From: Lama guanicoe
Taxonomy: Eukaryota
Length of the DNA: 64,000 bases
NCBI GenBank assembly: GCA_013239625.1
Contig: MU054220.1
Span: forward strand, 5,688,626-5,752,625
Direction of reading: 5' to 3'
Notes under the pieces: generated by a model
Seen by the model: only the letters and a program-made list of their open reading frames with translations
Database searches by the model: none
What the model was told of the DNA's origin: nothing
Position numbers and translations under genes: made by a program
Part shown: positions 23,599-37,682 of the stretch, piece after piece
Numbering within the stretch: position 1 is the stretch's first letter
Layout of the letters: each line of letters opens with the position of its first letter

Positions 23599-25879
23599 GT
23601 TGAAATGGAAAACACCATTCTTTTCCATTTACTACACTAATGGGTAGATTACTTGCTAATTTCTGAAAATTAAGTTTACAGCAACCCTGCAGTTAACATG
23701 TCCATTTCTGTCCAGGCCCTTTTCAGGTGGTTTTGTACCTCTGTAGAACTCAAACAATGCTCTGGGGTACGTCAGATGTTTCAGCCTCAGTTTTATGTGC
23801 CAAGTCTTCCAAAATATTATCAACACCTGAGTCAGGCATTCGAGGTTTGACCAAGGGAAGGCAGCTTTGTTTAGCTGTTGAGCCTCTGAGTAATCACTGC
23901 AAAGCTGTTTCTATATTTTCTTTATCTAGCCAAGAGGCAGTCAGTTTCTGCAGTTTAACCTGTTTCTGATTATTCAGTAAATTTACATCTTTTGTTCAAG
24001 GACCCTCTATACTTTTTCTTGGAAGAAAGTTCTTCAGTGGACTTTACAGTGGTTTCAGAAATGGAAAATCAAACTCAACATCCCAAGCAAAGTGCCTCTG
24101 AATGAAAAAAAGCTTCCCCTGCTCTGCCACTGATAAGAACTGACCCACCACAGAGAAAATTTGATCAAGAGACAGAAAATTACCTACATGATGTACACTC
24201 AAAAGAAATGTTATCCCAGAGAAGTCCACAACCAACTGCCCTAGTCCTCACTTGGGTAACTCCCAGCGGGATAATATCCTAGAAAGGATTGTATTCTCCA
24301 TTTGGAGGACTTATTTGTGGACATTTTCTGATCATCTCCTCCGCTCCTGTCCCCAGAGGGTTAGACATATCTCCCAGAATCTAGCTGATGAAGACTTCCT
24401 TATTTACCACCACTGGAGAATGAGGATTATTCTTGCCTTAAGAGGAGGTAAAACTTCAAAATGTGGGCTTCTGCTACAAGAAGATTCGTCTTCTCAGCTC
24501 CCTTCCCTTTTTGTCCATTAAATAGTGGTTGCCCTCTTTAGCAAATCTTCCCATTTTCAGACACCCTAATGTACCTTTATTAGTTTAAGCAAGTACTGCT
24601 TTATTATTCCAAGTTTTATGACACAACAAAAGTATTTCCTTTTAATAATATATCCCTATAAGCAGCTATTGCTTTAAGGAAGCTCTCTGTTCACTTTAAG
24701 CAGCTATTTTTAGAGAGAAACTCTTCCCAAGCTGTATGAGCAATTTCTAATTTCCATCTATATTTCATTCTACTACCTCTCTTAACCTTTTGTGCTTCAT
24801 TGTTCCGGGATAATATCCAGACCTACCAAAGGGAAAACAAGCCAGGACAAGTTATATTTTTCATGCCACCCACGTCCAGGCCAAACATTGTAGGAAATAA
24901 TAATTGCAAACCCAATGGGAAAATCATTAGTATATTCATATTAGTTTTTCACAAGAGCATAAAACTTGGATAAAGTATGTCTCTTTAGGACATCAAGCAG
25001 TAAGAGAACTAAGTGGGCCAAGAATAAGAAACCACTGAAGGGTTTGATGTTTTATTTAGCTGTGTTCTATGTACATGTGTGTGTGTGTGTGTGTCTTCTT
25101 GCTTTCTGGATTTTATATTTGACCCCGCAGTACTTGATTAACCCCTGTGTCCAGATGAATTCTGAATTGCTCATATGATGGTTATTGAAACATAACAAAG
25201 ATGCTGAATTAGGAGTCTTAGAATCTCAGATGTGAAAGGGATCGTATAAATTCACCATCAGATTTTAAAAGGATACAGAACTGAGTTTCAGAGGTTTTAT
25301 GCAGTGTATAGAATGTCACACTGTAACAAAGCCAGGAATGAAATGTTTTTAATTTCCAATCCAGAATTTATCCTGCCATATCACCATTTGGTTTGACAGG
25401 GAGTCCCATCCCCTTCATTATATGACCTCTCTGAAACTCAGAAAGCGGTAATTCTAGAAGTAAATATCCTAACATAACTCATGAGCTCCCTCAACCCAGA
25501 GGTCCTGATGTGTGGTACTGTTCTCAGTCAGAGTTTTCTCAGGAGGCTTATCTGATAACATACATTATTTTTGCATGATTATGTCTATCCTTATCTTCCT
25601 GGTGTGTACAATATAATAACCCCAAGTCTGTTTAGGATATGAATTTAAAATGGTAACACAGAATACTTTCTCTCTAGTTATTTTTCAAGGAAGGTAATCT
25701 TGACCTAACTGTCATCCACTGTTTAAGAAAAAATTAAATTGTGGGAAATATTATACAAGGTTGAATAATGCATAATGTGTATATTCTCTATCTATTTTTC
25801 TGTAGTTTATCCCTGAATAGGGTAGCTATATATTTAGGACATACTGTTTTTCTCTTTATCTTGCCAGCTTGAAATTAAT

Positions 25880-28150
25880 CAATATATTTTATTCAACAAT
25901 ATCTACTGAGTACTCCCTCTATCCCTGTCTGTGCTAGATGTTGGAAATACACATCAGAGACTTAAGCATAGTCCTTACACTTGTGGAGTTTTTAGGAAGA
26001 GATTTATGCTGAAATAACAGCATAAATAATGTAAATCATATACATAAATATGAAATCATAAATCCTATGAAGGAAATGAACAATGTACAATGTTAGTATG
26101 AAAAAATGTGTTTGGGAAGGCTCTGCTGGGAAAATAGCATTTGATTTGAGAACTAAAAGGATAAGAAAGAATTGGTGGAAAATGGCTATAAGAGCTGATA
26201 TTCAAAAATACAGCAGCATGTGTAAAGCCCTGTGATGAGAGAGAGGAAGTTCTGTTTGAAGATTAAAAAGAAGGTCAATGTAGCTAGAGCTTTGAAAGCT
26301 GAGGGGGTCATGGTGTGAGATGAGACTAAAGCAGTATTTGGCACAGACCATGCTGAGACATATTAATTATTTTAATCATACCCCAAGAGCAAAGAGCAAA
26401 AATAATTTATTGAAAGACTTTACACAGATGTGACATATCATCAGATTTGCATTTAGGAACTACCACTCTGGTTGCGGGGAAGAGAATTGATTAAATGGAG
26501 TTCAGTGGAAATTTAAAAGCCTGAAAGAGAAAGGGGAGTGTTCTAATGGTCCATAAAGATATGAAGTTCTTTGGTCCAGGTGGTGGTGGCAATGGAATTA
26601 GAAATAGGTGTATTGGAAGTATATTTATATGTGGCATTCAGGATCTGTTAATGGAGGTGGAAAAAGAGAGGGTGTGGCCAAAGATGACCCCCATGTGCTT
26701 GACATTCAGAAAAGGATTAACAGTGGTGTCATTCAATGAGGGAGGGGGAAATGCAAAAAAGACTTTAGAGTGTGGAATAGCCAGTGTTTGTGGTTTGGGT
26801 GTGTTCAGTTCAAGCTGCTTGTCATGTGTCAGGAAGGTGGCTAAAGATACGAGTATTAAAGCTCAGAGGGGGAATTAGGAGTCAGCAACATCAAGATGGA
26901 GATGGAAGCTATGGGTATCAATGAGAATTTTTAATATATTTACTGTATTTTCAAATGAGAGACTTACGTGTAATTAAATGCTATTGAGAAAAGTGCAGTA
27001 TTGGGGTGAGACGAATAATAGAGGGGAAGAGTAGGTTCATTTCCTATAAGGTCAGATGAGAATGAAGACCGAAGTATAGGTGGGCCGTATCCTGCTGCGT
27101 GTACACCTCTTCAGTTGTAATGAGAGAGGTGAAGGGCTCGGGGAAGGAAGAAAGCAGTCTTATGAGCCTGAAAGCGAGGTGGTAAGAGGTTCCTGTGTTA
27201 CAGCTTACACTCCTCTTTGTATCAGGCAGTGAGAGTGGGGCGAGCAGCTGGATCGTCAGAGTTCTGTGGGGAGCACAAAGGTTTAAAGTGATTGTCTTGG
27301 AAAGTGGACAAGATTTGTGGACAAGAGAAGTGTCTGATTTAAAGCAAGCATTAGGGCCTCTCAATTTGAAGATCATAAAAACCCGTAACATCAGTTTGCT
27401 CTTTCGTGTGGTTTTCTCAAGCAGTATTCAGTTGCTTGGATGATAGCAGAAGGAAAGGCAATATTAGGTTTCATTCAGGGTTGGTATTTTTCAAAATGAG
27501 TTTAATAAATAGTAGAGAGGAAATGTCTGGCAAGATGTTTTTGAAATGGTGAACCAAAGAACCTACACTAGATATTGAGAGAACTAGTGAAAGAAGAGGG
27601 TTATTGGATTGGGGGGAAAAATAAAGAGAATTAATCTATGTACAAAGGGGTCAGTTGACTAAGCCAGCTGCAGTAATAGGGGCCTGTGAGCCTAGAGACA
27701 GGACTAAAAAGGTTCCGAGTGGGCTTTAAATAATGATTTTTGAAGACGCTTTTGTGGTAAGAAAGATCAAGATAATGTTGTTTGGGCCACAGTGTTGAAT
27801 GGGTTGGCGGGCGGGGGTGGTTAGGGAGAAGCAGAATTAGCGATTTGGGAAATGGGGCTGTGTCAGGTGACAGTAAGTTCTAGGATGTGAACCTGAGAGT
27901 CGGTGGTTAAGGCACCATGTTGGAGGAGATCATCAGAGTAGAGGAAACCAAGACAGTTGAAGATTGTAGTCTGGCTGAATTAGCCACGTGAATGACAAAG
28001 GTAGAAAAGAAGAGTTTTCAAAATATCAAGGTTTTTGATGCAGGAGAGACAAGAATTAGGACTACTGAGAGTGGTGGTGCTGGGAGAGAGGAAAAATGAT
28101 AGCCAAATGGCAATAGCTCCCCAGGAGCAGCTTTTTATAAGAGAGTAGGG
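25880..28150 (-). mobile_element. Long L2 LINE fragment (continues at 31075-31450 beyond the MaLR array)
   Basis: Starts with reverse L2 tail (attcaacaatatctactgagtact...), then purine-rich L2 body (atcagatttgcatttagg, accactctgg, ggagtcagcaacat). Confidence 0.85.
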
Positions 28151-28154
28151 AAGA

Positions 28155-31069
28155 GTTTCAGAGGCTAACTAATCAATCCCATTTCTTCTTTTTTGTCACA
28201 TCGGAAGACAAGAGCTCACATCCTCCCTTGCAGTTATACTGGGGCCATGCGACTGAGTTCTAGCCATTGGTATAGGAGAAGAAATGATGTCAGTTTTTTA
28301 ACAAGATAAAGTAAATAGCCAGTATATCTACCGTTTGATGTCTTCCTTCCGTCTGTCTCAGCTGGATGTTTTCAGAATTAACTTAAAATTATAAGATGTA
28401 AGGACCAAAAGATGGAAATAGACTGATTTTTGAGTCACTTCTCAGAAGAGAAATGTTCAAACTGTATTTATTAGACAGGGCAATGATGTGAGTAAGAATG
28501 AAAAGTCTTCCAAAGGGAGAGGTCCAAGGCCCATGGAAGCCAGCGGACAAGAGGTGCCTCCCAGGGAGCTAGAATCACAGACTCTGTGGAGGAAACTTTC
28601 GCTAAGTTTACCAGCATCACTGCAGAATTGTTTGGACCAGTGAGAAGGGTGAGATTTTTATTCTTCACCTTTCCAAATGGGAATATTTACTGCTGATATC
28701 TTGTCCCTGTTTCACCACTGTATGTGGTGTGTGCATTTGTGTGGGTGGAGAGAAGATACCATCTTTTTAGTCCAGAGTTTATGGGATCGGGATAAACCAT
28801 ATCCAAAGATGAGCAAGAAGGCTGCGACTCATCCTTTATTCCAGAAATTTAGCAGGAAAGAGTGGCCGAACGGAGACTTTGGGTGATTTCGTTATAAGTG
28901 AGAATTCTGTATGTGTGGGAGGAAGATTTAGGCAAGGATTTGTTGAGGAGAAGGCAGAACTCTGGCAGAAACTGACTGAATCTCATCAATTTTATGTCCT
29001 TTTTCTAGGAATAGAGAAAACTAGATTATTTCCAACCTCCTTTGCAATTAATTAGGAATCATATTTTTAGTTATGGTCAAGTAAATGTGGGCAGAAATGA
29101 CGTAGGCCATTTCCAGGCCTGACTTATCAAACCAGTTGAAGACTCCTTGGCCCATATCTTTCTTCCTAGCTTTGTGGATGGAAAAAGGATTCTGAGATGA
29201 CAGAGGCATGTGATAGAAGACAACAGGATTGATGAGTGACCACTTAAAAGAAAGCTGCCAGGAAATCTTAGCTTTCAGAACTGAATGTGGCATGAGTGAG
29301 AACCAAACTTATGTTAAGTCATTGAGTTTGAATACTTCTTCAGCAGCTGATAGATTTTATTTTGAGTGGAAGTAAACTGACAAAACAAACAAAAAATCTA
29401 CAAATATATGGCACTGGCTTATCAGGAAAGTAAGTAGGGAGAACATGCTATTAGAAGCTTGGGAAAGGGCAACTCGTGTTTTGTTGGGGCAAAACACTTG
29501 GAAGATTGTCGCTTCAGGTAGCACTTCAGAGACAGATGAGTTGCCTAACTGGGCTGGCAGGTTTAGTGGAAGAGATTTGAAAAAAATCATGTAATTAATG
29601 TGAGTTGGCTGTTACTGACTGCATTTGGCAATGTGTTATAAGAAAGGGCTTACATAATGGAAAATTTTCTGGTTTTCTAGCAGAAGTGAAAGAGAATATA
29701 TGGAATCCAAAAAATTAGGACCTTGTTGGTTCAGAACAGCCTTTTTTATTAGACTCTGAATAGTGAGAAATGGGGTTAAAATTTTTTGAGTGTCAAAATC
29801 CAGTTAAACTTTTTATTTTACCAAAACAGTTTAGGGTGAAGATGAAATGGAGTATATGATCTGTTTTCATACTTATTTCAAGAGAATATGAAGATAATAG
29901 TCATTAAACATAGAGAAAGTCACAGCTCAACAATTATACCTAGAAAGAACTTTGGATGTGGTTATCTGGCCATGAATTGACCAGAAAAAGACAAAACCCA
30001 AGCCTAATAGATTTTGAAAAATTAAAAAAAAAAGTCTTGCCAGGAAAACCTCAATCAAAACCTGATTAAAAATCTCTAATGCTGTTCTCGCTGTGAAAAC
30101 AACCTCCAGCTTCCCACAACTTCCCTTGGTTGCCACAATCAAGAGGCAGCCTTTAAGGCTGCATCACCTCAAGGTCACACTAGCTGATCCTTAAGATGGG
30201 ACCGTGTAGGATAGTGGGAAGAACACTTACCCAGAGAAGAACGTGAAGTCGTGGAGACCTGTGACCAAAAGAGATTCTTCCAAAGAACAGAACCAGTTCA
30301 TGGACTCACGACCACCTCCCAGACAAGGGTAATTCCTAGTGCCTCGTCCCCCGATTTCAAAATTGCTACGAACCTGTGGCTGCTGTGTGTTTCCTATGCT
30401 CTCCCTCCCCCTTTCTTTTTGAGTGAGTGTCTGATGTGGGTACCTTTTCCATACTCCAGCATTGTATATTGAAGTAGAGACATATATTTTATCTAAATGA
30501 AAACGAGCTGCATGTGGATTTGATATAGAGGTCTAGAAATCACCTGGAGATTCTGATTTTGAGCTAGAAACAGTGACCAGTTGGTAATCTAGTCTATCCC
30601 TCTTAGGAATAAAGAATGTACTCTATGTGCTGGAGGAAGGACAAAGTGACGATTTGTTGACCAGAATATTGAGCTGTGGCAGATACGCACAGTCTTATTT
30701 CCTCTTCCTGGGAACCCTAGCAGTCTATATTTCAAAGCCACTATTTCTATTAGTTTGGTGCCACATGACTGATTTATGGCTGATGAGATGTAGGCAGGAA
30801 TAACATGTCACTTTCTGGTTGAGTTGAGTACTTATATAATGTGTATTCTCCTCAATATTTTTCCCTTCTTGTTGGCTGAATGATGCCAAGGTGACCTTAA
30901 TGTCAAAAGATGATTGGAACACCCACAAAAAAATCATCCTAGTTGAGGAAAGTCACTTGATCTTCTCTTCAAACTGTTTTTTGTGTGAGAAAGAAGCTGC
31001 TGTGTCACACCCTGAAATTTCAGATGTCTTTGTTACTGTGACTTATTCTAGCCTTTCTTGACTGATGCA
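28155..31069 (+). mobile_element. MaLR (MLT1I/J/K-like) tandem array: LTR - int 3' piece - LTR - int - LTR
   Basis: LTR-like units at ~28155-28495, ~28961-29353 and ~30675-31069; the pre-LTR segments ~28880-28968 and ~30590-30683 are mutually similar. Confidence 0.7.
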
Positions 31070-31074
31070 GGGGA

Positions 31075-31450
31075 TTAACACACTGTGAATACTAAGACAA
31101 TGCAAAAACACAAAGCAAAAAAAACTTCCTCCTCAAACTTATAATATATAAACTTTGAGAGAAGACAGAATCATCACGGGAAGCTACATCTTTAGGTGAA
31201 AGTAATGTTTTCATTAAAGCAAGGAAATAAAGAAAAGACTAAGGAAAAAGATTAAAGATAAATGGGAACTTGTTTGTGATAGAGTCGTGTTTCAAAGGAA
31301 GGAGAGTGAAAAGTTTGAAACGGTAAACATAGAGTACAGCTAGTTAGGATCAAGGAAATGTAGAGCATCTTAGTGACAGCATCTCTAAAGACTGGAGGGT
31401 CAGGGTGATGGGAAAGGCTTTCGTGACAGGGATGAAAGGTCTGGTAACCT
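31075..31450 (-). mobile_element. L2 continuation
   Basis: ggtgaaagtaatgttttcattaaagcaagga matches L2 sequence expected upstream of the piece ending at ~28150. Confidence 0.55.
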
Positions 31451-33469
31451 AGTTTTATTGTTGGTTTAATTAAACAGTGGCTATGAGGTCTAACTGCTGG
31501 GGGAATTGTGTTACTCCATCTGGGGTGGATGGCGGCCAGCTCTTTCTTTCTCGGTGCCCCTGAAGCCCAGGGTGGTGGCAGTCCCTGGAGCAGTCGTACT
31601 TGGATAGCAGTTGATGACAGCAGAAATGGTTTTGATCTCTGTGTTTTGTTTTCATCAGTTCTTAGACTGACTGCCCCTAATCCTGCTCCAGAGGCTCTTC
31701 AAAGGTCAATGTGTCATTGAGATGGTCATTGGTTTCTTGAAGCATCTTTAGGCCAATTATCAACTTCTGTATGATGCCATTAGAGATTCCTGGCTGTGAC
31801 AACTCTCTCCCGAAGGTACTATTTTTGATATTCTGAAGCTGGAGAACAGTTTCCAGAGGAGACATGATTCCTTTCAGGCTTGTTTTGTGCTGAAGGCCTT
31901 AAATTTGATTTCCCTTCGGCTTTATACATCTTCTGTTTCTCTAGGAAGCTTGAGAGTGACATTGTTTACCACAGTGAATGGTGCACACTTTATGAGGGCC
32001 CAGTGTGGGAAGTTTCTACAATCTTAGTATCAGTAAGAAGTGCTTTTCCTGGGCACTAGGATTGCTTTATTCTGCCTTAGATAGTGTAAATTGTGTTAGT
32101 TTTACCTACGGTGTTGGTGGCTACAAGCTTTCATGGGAATCTATGCCTCATCCCCTTTTATAGAAAGTATTTTGATATTAACCCCATCTCGGGTTCATCT
32201 TTTCTTTCTTCCAGTTTCTTTTTCTAAACTTTTATTTTCACACTGTTAAGATTTCTTTGGCTTTATTTTTTAAAATGCTCTGTGGATATATCAAGGTGAA
32301 TATAAAGCCTATTTTGGTGGCTGTGGTATTAGAAAAAATGAAGGAAACAGAAAGAAAGAAAGAACTAGTGTAAGAAGGTAAGAATACTTCCTGTCTGCTT
32401 TCTGCCCATATTGTGTCAGACCCTGCTGTTTTAGTGGGGCCTGGCTGACTTCCAGCTGCTACTGTCTGTATCTGTGCTGAGGCCACTTTCTGGAAATGCA
32501 GAAGGCCATGGTGCACATGTGCATGAAAGGCCAAAAGAGCTAGGGATTAGCTCCCCCTGTGAAAATGTCTGTCAGTGACCCTTAGGTTAGTATATAAATA
32601 CCCCAGCTCCCCTCACCCCTTGGTTGTGATAATTATGAATGGTTTTGCATCATTTCCCCTTTTACCCACTGGATTGAGCTCTGGTCACTCACTGTGTTAT
32701 GGAGCTGTCTTTCCTTCCATGTATCTCCACTGTCCTATCACTGTTCCCTTCACTTCCCAAAGATGTCCTTGCATGCAAATCCCTGTGTCAGGTCTATTTC
32801 TAGGGAGTCTCAACTAACAGAGAGAAAGAGAAAGAGAGAAGGAGGAATAAATGGCAGGAAGGAGGGAAGAAGGGAGGGAGACAGAGAAAATGAATATTAT
32901 GAGTAATGTATGTTCATTTTGCTACCTGAAGAATCCTCACTCTTCTTAGGGGAAGTGCTTCTATAGTTACAAGTATGTGATTTTCTGTTGATGAAGGAAT
33001 AAACTAAAACAATTTGAATCACTTTATTAGAGGTCTGAGACAGTGAATAAACACTTATACAAAACAATTCTCTAGTTTATTATGTGATATACAACTTGAA
33101 AGTCTTATCTATTCCAAATGCTGATTTTATTGTTTTTATTTATACTCTGCTTTCAGAACCTTAATTAGAACTAATTTCATACCCAAACCATCTCTTGTCC
33201 ACTCTGATAAAGTGATGGGCCAGGTTCTGCCACTCACTAAAGATCTCATCCATGCTTAGCTCTGTCCTGGGTACAGGTACACCTAGAACCATATTCCTTT
33301 AGCATTTGATAAATTCTAGGTAATAAAAGTCTTAACCTATGACATACATCCTCAAGGACCAGGAAAAGTAATATTAATCAAGTTTTTTGTTACACATTTA
33401 TTCCGAACAAAGCATTGATGCCTAAGGACACAAAAACACATAGTACATAGGTGACTTAAAATCAATTTA

Positions 33470-34020
33470 AAACAAAAGACATAACACGTATATTCTTTTT
33501 TTTTCAAATAATGGCACTGAATTGGATACTGTGAGGAACAAAAAAATACATTACACACTATATAAGCAATAAAAAGACATTATATATGTGCACCTGAAAG
33601 CTGACCCAGGAAAGCCATATGATTGATTATATCCTACAGTTGGAAACAAGCCAAATGTACACCTACAGAAGAGTGGATTAACAAAATGGGGTACATTCAT
33701 GCAATGAAACATGATATAATAATGAGGCTCATAAATATAAGCTAGAGCCAAAGAAACCAGATACAAAAGTAGTACATTTATTTGATCCTGTTTATATGAA
33801 ATTTAAGATTAGGCTATTGTTGTTAGAAATTAAGACTGTAGATTTCCATGGGGGCAAGGGTAGTGACTGAAAGGGAATGTGAGATAATTTCTGGTGTTTT
33901 GCTAATTTCTTTATTTTTCAACCTGGGCGTTAGCTATATAGGTGTGCTAGCTTTGTGAATATTTATTTTTCCAGGTGTATTTTTGATTTATGTGCTTTTC
34001 TGTATGTATAATATTGAGAT
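33470..34020 (+). mobile_element. Old L1 (L1ME-like) 3' end
   Basis: ttggaaacaagccaaatgtacacctacagaagagtggattaacaaaatggggtacattcat...gggtagtgactgaaaggga. Confidence 0.75.
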
Positions 34021-34039
34021 ATGTACATGTATAAATATA

Positions 34040-34860
34040 TATATATATAAAAATCAGATATTATTTTGTTTTGAGTTTACATCTGCTAGGAGAGATGTGG
34101 TATATAAACACATACCTTTAATTTCATGTTATCAAGAGTCATACATATGATACAAGCCAAAGGTCTTAGAATTAAAGACAAGATAGAACTGTTCTTCCAC
34201 TTGGGAAGAATCTGAAATGCTTAGTGAAAGTAATGAATATATTTTGAGAGTAGCCCTGAAGGATGAGTGGGTATTGCCGTGTGTGGTGAGTTGAAGTGCC
34301 TGGGTGGAGGGACAGTAAGAAGAAATGAGCTGGCATGTTCTACAAGCAGGTTTCCTATATGGTCTGGACATTAGGGCCTGTGGGAGAACAGCCATATGAG
34401 AGGACTTTCAACAGCAGACTGAGGAATTTTAGCACATTTTGTTGAGTGCCAGTGTTTGTGCATGGTCCACATGATCAGAACCATACCTAGAAGGAATGTG
34501 TAAGCACTAAGAAGTACAAAAGGTTGGTGTGAGGGAATCCTGGATGAGGGAGCCCAGAAAGGTACAACTCAATAGACTTAACGATTGGTTTAGGTGACAA
34601 CAAGGACCCAAAATTGAACCTATATGTTTATGGTTGATTAACTAGGGTTTGGGGAGAAGGAAATGTCATGATTCCATTTGGGGCAGATTGAGTTTGAGCA
34701 GTCAGCAGGTTATTTAGAGGTTGGGCAAGTACTTTGTACACACAAGACTGGAACTCACAAGAAAGGCTGAGATTTGAATTTGGGAGTCATCTGCATAAGG
34801 ATGTGATTGAGATGATCAAGGACCAAAGTGAAGAAAAAGCAAATAAACACCATGTTGTAT
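34040..34860 (-). mobile_element. L2 fragments
   Basis: gggctgag-like gaaaggctgagatttgaatttgggagtcatctgcataag and other reverse L2 motifs. Confidence 0.7.
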
Positions 34861-36399
34861 CTTTGTAACTTTACGTCCAATGCTGTCGGAATTAAAGTCA
34901 TATTAGTGGAGATATCCCTCACAGTACACAAAAATGGAAACAACAATAGAAACAACAATACTGTGTAAGTTTCTTGAATATGAGATGTGTGTCTTGTTAA
35001 CCATTGTATCTTCAGTCCCTTTGCAGCTCTGACACATAGTAAGCATTTGATAAATGTGTTTTTTTAAGTTGATAAGTTAATTTTATTTGCATAGTGCTTT
35101 ATCATTTTTATAAGTTCCATTATCACTCTCCTTAGCCCCTCAACTTTTTCACTTATACCAGAAAAGTGCTATGCAACAATTAAAACTTTATACTCATAAA
35201 GACTATATTTTTTCACATATATTACAAGGGAATCATATTTTCATCATATACTTCCTGTAGTTAATGAACAACCTCCTCCCATTTATCCTGGCTCTAGTAT
35301 ATAATTCAGATACATTTCATGGTGGCCATCACAAAGGAAGCTCTGAGAGAAGGAAGAGAAACATAGCTGGGCTCACATCAGAGAGTGTGTGTTTTGTCAC
35401 ACTGCAGACCAGCATCTGTTAAAGATTAGTGCAGTTTTGCTAGAGAAGTTCAGGATAGTGTTACAGTGCAGTTTCTCCAGAAAAATAGCTGTAATTATAT
35501 GAACTTTACAGGGATAGTCTGAGGGGGTCAATCGGTAAAGCTTATAAACACAGAAAAACTCTTGAGTGCCTAGGAGAAGTGATGTAAATGTTAATTTCCT
35601 TATTACCATTAGCAAGTTCACTAGTTACCTGGGTAACAGCAGTAAAACTCTTTCAGGAATATCCAAGGTAAATCTCCTAATGAAAGAACATAAAGCTACC
35701 TTCAGCCCAGGGACACAAGTCCTAATTGTATCATAACTCTAGTGGTAGAATTTTTTGACCCTCCTTGCACTTGGAATACCCTAGAGTGTCCATCATTACA
35801 CCTGCTGCTTGTTATCACCTAATGATAGAAGTGATTTCTGAGCAGAAGTCTGTTCTCTTAAATGCTAAACCTACAACATGAGTGTTAATAGCATGCATCT
35901 GATGATCTGATAATAAAAATATCCACAGTAAACAATGTCCATATTCTAATCCCTTAATAGAAACAGAATAGCAATCTAGTTCTAGTCATTTTCTAAGTTG
36001 TTAAATTAATTTTAAATACTTAGCCTTACAATCTCTTTGCATTATAACATGTCAACCAGAGCAAATATTATGGAAGTCTATTCTAATTTCTACATTTATC
36101 CAGACAAACTAGAATGATAGCAATGAAGACACCACTTTGGTGTTATGAATTATCCTCATCTCTCTTGTTCATCCCTTTTATACATTCTTTTAACCATCAC
36201 TGGTGAGCTCTTGGCTCTACTTCTGGGCTTTTACTTACTCTGCCCTTTATCCTAACCAATAAAGATATATGGATAGATAGATATAAATATATGTGTATAT
36301 ATACAGATATATATGGGATATGTAATATAGTTTATGTATTTATTTTCATAGCTTTTAATTTGTAAAACAAGAACACATAGAACTTATTATTCTTAGATC

Positions 36400-36590
36400 T
36401 ATTAATTTTATGTTGAATATCATTTTCAAAATGAGGACAATTTATGATCTCCTTTATTGTCCTCAAGATTCTGTGAGATTTATAGGACATATGCATTATT
36501 AACATTTGACAGGTGAGAAGTTGAGCTTTATAGAATCTAAGTGACTTGCCGAAGGTCACACAACCAGTAACAACTAGATCTTGTATCAAT
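36400..36590 (-). mobile_element. MIR SINE relic
   Basis: catttgacaggtgagaagttgag...aagtgacttgccgaaggtcacacaaccagtaa. Confidence 0.75.
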
Positions 36591-37682
36591 TAGAGTATTT
36601 TTTATAGAGAGCAAAATAAACCTACCAAAAGAGAAAAATTAATTTGTTAGACAGACTTGGAGGTGCTCACTAAAATCAGAAAAACTGAAAAATCAATCTC
36701 ATAAAGCAACTTACAAAGTCTCTGTATTATCTCAGGAGCATTGCCGGAGCAAATTGTTTTGTACTGTCTTTAGTCCACTTTGTCTCTCAAGATTCAGATT
36801 CTATGGAGGAGGGTCTGGTTGGTCTTGTTTGGGTGATGTGTCTGCTTTTTCTCCAGAGGTGTGCTTGACACCTTGATAAAATCCTACTAGACTGTGTCAA
36901 ATGGGAGGAGAGTTCTCCTAGGGAGGTAGAGTAAGTGCTGGACAGGTGCAAAGCCATAAGTGTCCCTGGAGGCCTGTATCCTAGGGTTTCTGCTTCCAAT
37001 TCTAATAACTTTTCCATGATAAGAATAGATTTTTGCTCCTTGGGATCAGTAGCTTCAACAGCCACAGACCTATTGGCAATCAGTTTCACCAATTTGAGAC
37101 ATGAGTAGAGAGTTAGAACTCCTTTAGAATTGTGTTAAGATGCATGTACCTGGCTTTCATCAACAACCTCACCACCAGTTGCTGACTACTGTTTCATATT
37201 TGTGAAGACCAATCAGATTGCCTCAGGTAGTCCCATTCTAGAAAGAATGAAATACAAGATAATTGGTAAAAGTAAATAATACCACTGTTACAGGTAAGGA
37301 TTAGTTATGTATAAATGATAAGCTATATTGTAACAAGCTAATATGTTCTCCAGATTTAATTAGCTTGGAATGTGAGTTATAACTTCTTTGTGGACAAAGG
37401 GAATAATTAAATTCTTTGCAGGAGGGGAAGAGGCAGTCTGAAAATTTTCAGCACCAATTAGGTAATATTTTTTTCATATTAATTAAAACCAGTTCTCATT
37501 ATTCAAACCTTAGGGCCATAACTGTTACTCTTTATTTTTGCAAGTAGATGACATAGCAAATGTAAAGAGGAAACAAGTCTGAAGACTAAACAAAAAGATA
37601 AGAAAATACAGATGATTCAATAAACTTTAACTTTCTGGCAGTGATATCTATAGCCCACCATTTATTCCATCATAAGTGCCAA

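Noticed and set aside
32588..32600. TATA-like gtatataaata
   Set aside because: Isolated motif with no supporting promoter context or downstream exon
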